DNA of 64,000 nt from an uncultured virus (IMG/VR IMGVR_UViG_3300002162_000001) (taxonomy: Duplodnaviria; Heunggongvirae; Uroviricota; Caudoviricetes): the IMG/VR virus record IMGVR_UViG_3300002162_000001, positions 1 to 64,000 of that record. The stretch is one strand, 5' to 3'. The notes under the pieces were generated by a model. That model searched no databases and was not told the DNA's origin. It was given only the letters and a program-made list of their open reading frames with translations. The position numbers and the translations under genes are program-made. Shown here in pieces: positions 62,541-64,000 of this stretch (position 1 is the stretch's first letter; each line of letters starts with the position of its first letter).

Positions 62541-62912
62541 TCATTTTGATTTCTTACAATTAAGACAATCCACGCAATGTTTATCACAACAATCTGTACT
62601 CATTTTTATGTCGTCGCTATACCAGTCGTACTTTTTTTCATCCTCTTTACTATAAATTTTCACCTCAGCTTCTTTCCTAAACTCACTGAGTACTCTTGCA
62701 ATTAATAGTTTATCTGAGGCCACTATATCTTCACCATTTATTTGACATATCGTAGCAACATTGTCTAACTCGTCCATACACATTGTAACCTCTAAGCTTG
62801 TCTTATCTATGTTAATAGGCACCACTAGGCATCTATTTGAGTTGTAGTTTTCCCCTTTTACTACAACCAATTTTTCTAACTTATCAAAATCTTTCTTTAA
62901 TAATTTTAACAT
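62541..62912 (-). CDS. Hypothetical protein with Cys-rich C-terminus
   Basis: 123 aa ending 'CCDKHCVDCLNCKK'. Confidence 0.6.
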   Translation of the reverse strand: MLKLLKKDFDKLEKLVVVKGENYNSNRCLVVPINIDKTSLEVTMCMDELDNVATICQINGEDIVASDKLLIARVLSEFRKEAEVKIYSKEDEKKYDWYSDDIKMSTDCCDKHCVDCLNCKKSK

Positions 62913-62996
62913 TTTATCTCCTCCATAAATCTATTTTAGTTTTATACATTAGTAAAGCCAAGTCCGTTACTGCAACCTGGCTCGTGTCAGATTAAT

Positions 62997-63932
62997 CTAA
63001 TCTATTGGATACATTTCCCTTGCAATAGTTCTTACCCAATTTATGCTAGTCTTGTTTGTAAGATTATATAATGCAGCTACGGTTTGTGTATCAAATATAT
63101 CAGCATTTTCTGGAGCTAGCAAATAAATCATTCTGCTTCTTGTAATATCCTCTAATGAAAGTCCTTCAATTTTAATTCCTTCACAGATTACTTGTCCATT
63201 TTTGAATAATTTTTGTAATGCTAGATTGGGTTGGTCTAAATATGTTTTTATAGAATCCTTACCTATCTTAGCTGGCTTACATAAATACTCAGAACTCTTA
63301 TATTCTATTTGTCTTCTCTTACCCACTACACTAACGCTTACTATAAATTTTTCTTTCATACAAAGTTTGATGTCTTCAATAATTTCTTGATCATCAATTC
63401 TTACGATTCTATTTTTTAAATGTAATATAGCAACATACAATCCAGTATTATCTTCATTAATTTCAATGTCAGATTCTTTTAATAATCTTATATCATCATT
63501 TGTTAAACTTGACCATGCTAATTCAAATATTATTTTATCTCTTACATTTATTCTCTTGCCATCTTCTTCTATATCTAATTGATTTTTGATATTAAGATAC
63601 TGTGAATAAGTTAATGTCTGATGTAGCAATTCTTCTCTATCTATACATTGCATTGTTACTCCATCATTGACAGCATACTCTCTAAGTGGTAATTTTTCTT
63701 TCTTACATATCATGTTGGCAAACTTTCTTAATACCTGCATTTTTTTATATAAAGAGTTAGGTGATACTGATTTAAATTGTTTTAAGAATGTAACTATCTG
63801 ATCATCTTCCCAATTTAGTAGTTCCACACCTGTAGTTTTCTCTGTCTCTATTATACTTTCTATTATCTGACCCATATTATTGATTTTATCATATATCTCT
63901 AAAAAATTCTTAGCATATTTTACTGTTAGCAT
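62997..63932 (-). CDS. Tyrosine-recombinase-fold protein, SPbeta MrpR/YopP-like, candidate repressor
   Basis: SAM-like N-terminus, 'RDKIIFELAWSSL...IRLLKESDI', 'DITRSRMI'; no canonical R/HxxR/H set. Confidence 0.6.
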   Translation of the reverse strand: MLTVKYAKNFLEIYDKINNMGQIIESIIETEKTTGVELLNWEDDQIVTFLKQFKSVSPNSLYKKMQVLRKFANMICKKEKLPLREYAVNDGVTMQCIDREELLHQTLTYSQYLNIKNQLDIEEDGKRINVRDKIIFELAWSSLTNDDIRLLKESDIEINEDNTGLYVAILHLKNRIVRIDDQEIIEDIKLCMKEKFIVSVSVVGKRRQIEYKSSEYLCKPAKIGKDSIKTYLDQPNLALQKLFKNGQVICEGIKIEGLSLEDITRSRMIYLLAPENADIFDTQTVAALYNLTNKTSINWVRTIAREMYPID

Positions 63933-64000
63933 TTCTCATTACCTCCTGATTTTATTTTAGTTTATAATATGTCTTTGGAATTATATCATTCATAATGAAT

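Noticed and set aside
4220..63390. Short plus-strand ORFs antisense to minus-strand genes (e.g. 4220-4417, 10431-10790, 20997-21347, 56660-57019)
   Set aside because: They lie opposite well-supported genes, lack RBSs and have shadow-frame composition
1..64000. CRISPR array
   Set aside because: The repeats are short, dispersed and separated by whole genes; I saw no regular repeat-spacer array and no cas genes
1..64000. tRNA/rRNA genes
   Set aside because: No cloverleaf or T-loop signature seen by eye; tRNAscan-SE would be needed to exclude them
1..64000. Stop-codon reassignment, diversity-generating retroelement or retron
   Set aside because: Genes read full length in the standard code, and I saw no reverse transcriptase or TR/VR pair

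Overview
This AT-rich 64-kb window comes from a large temperate SPbeta-like phage, probably of a spore-forming anaerobic Firmicute (clostridial-type, inferred from class III RNR, ThyX, SleB-type hydrolase and sigmaA promoters). The left end (+ strand) holds the tail of the late region (holin-like, tail-fibre-like genes). Next comes an integration module (zinc-ribbon RDF candidate, intact attP-like inverted repeat, large serine integrase), which suggests the unintegrated form. About 58 kb of mostly minus-strand early/middle genes follow: nucleotide metabolism (thyX, 5'-nucleotidase, gmk, dut, nrdDG), replication/recombination (SSB, Sak4-like ATPase, dnaB, primase, dnaE, recJ, recU, ATP-dependent ligase, Gam-like), a ParM/ParR partition cassette, six homing-type endonucleases and many small hypothetical genes. 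Four features stand out. (1) An arbitrium-like but non-canonical signalling operon: a MazF/PemK-like protein, a short TPR protein without an HTH, and an unannotated 48-aa secreted pro-peptide ending MLVDPPGS. (2) About 35 copies of a palindrome TAAAA-N6-TTTTA at gene junctions, giving a cassette-like layout. (3) About 30 copies of a 17-bp operator-like motif that fills the spacer of six sigmaA promoters and overlaps many stop codons. (4) Three tyrosine-recombinase-fold proteins with degenerate active sites. All calls were made by eye from motifs; no database searches were run.
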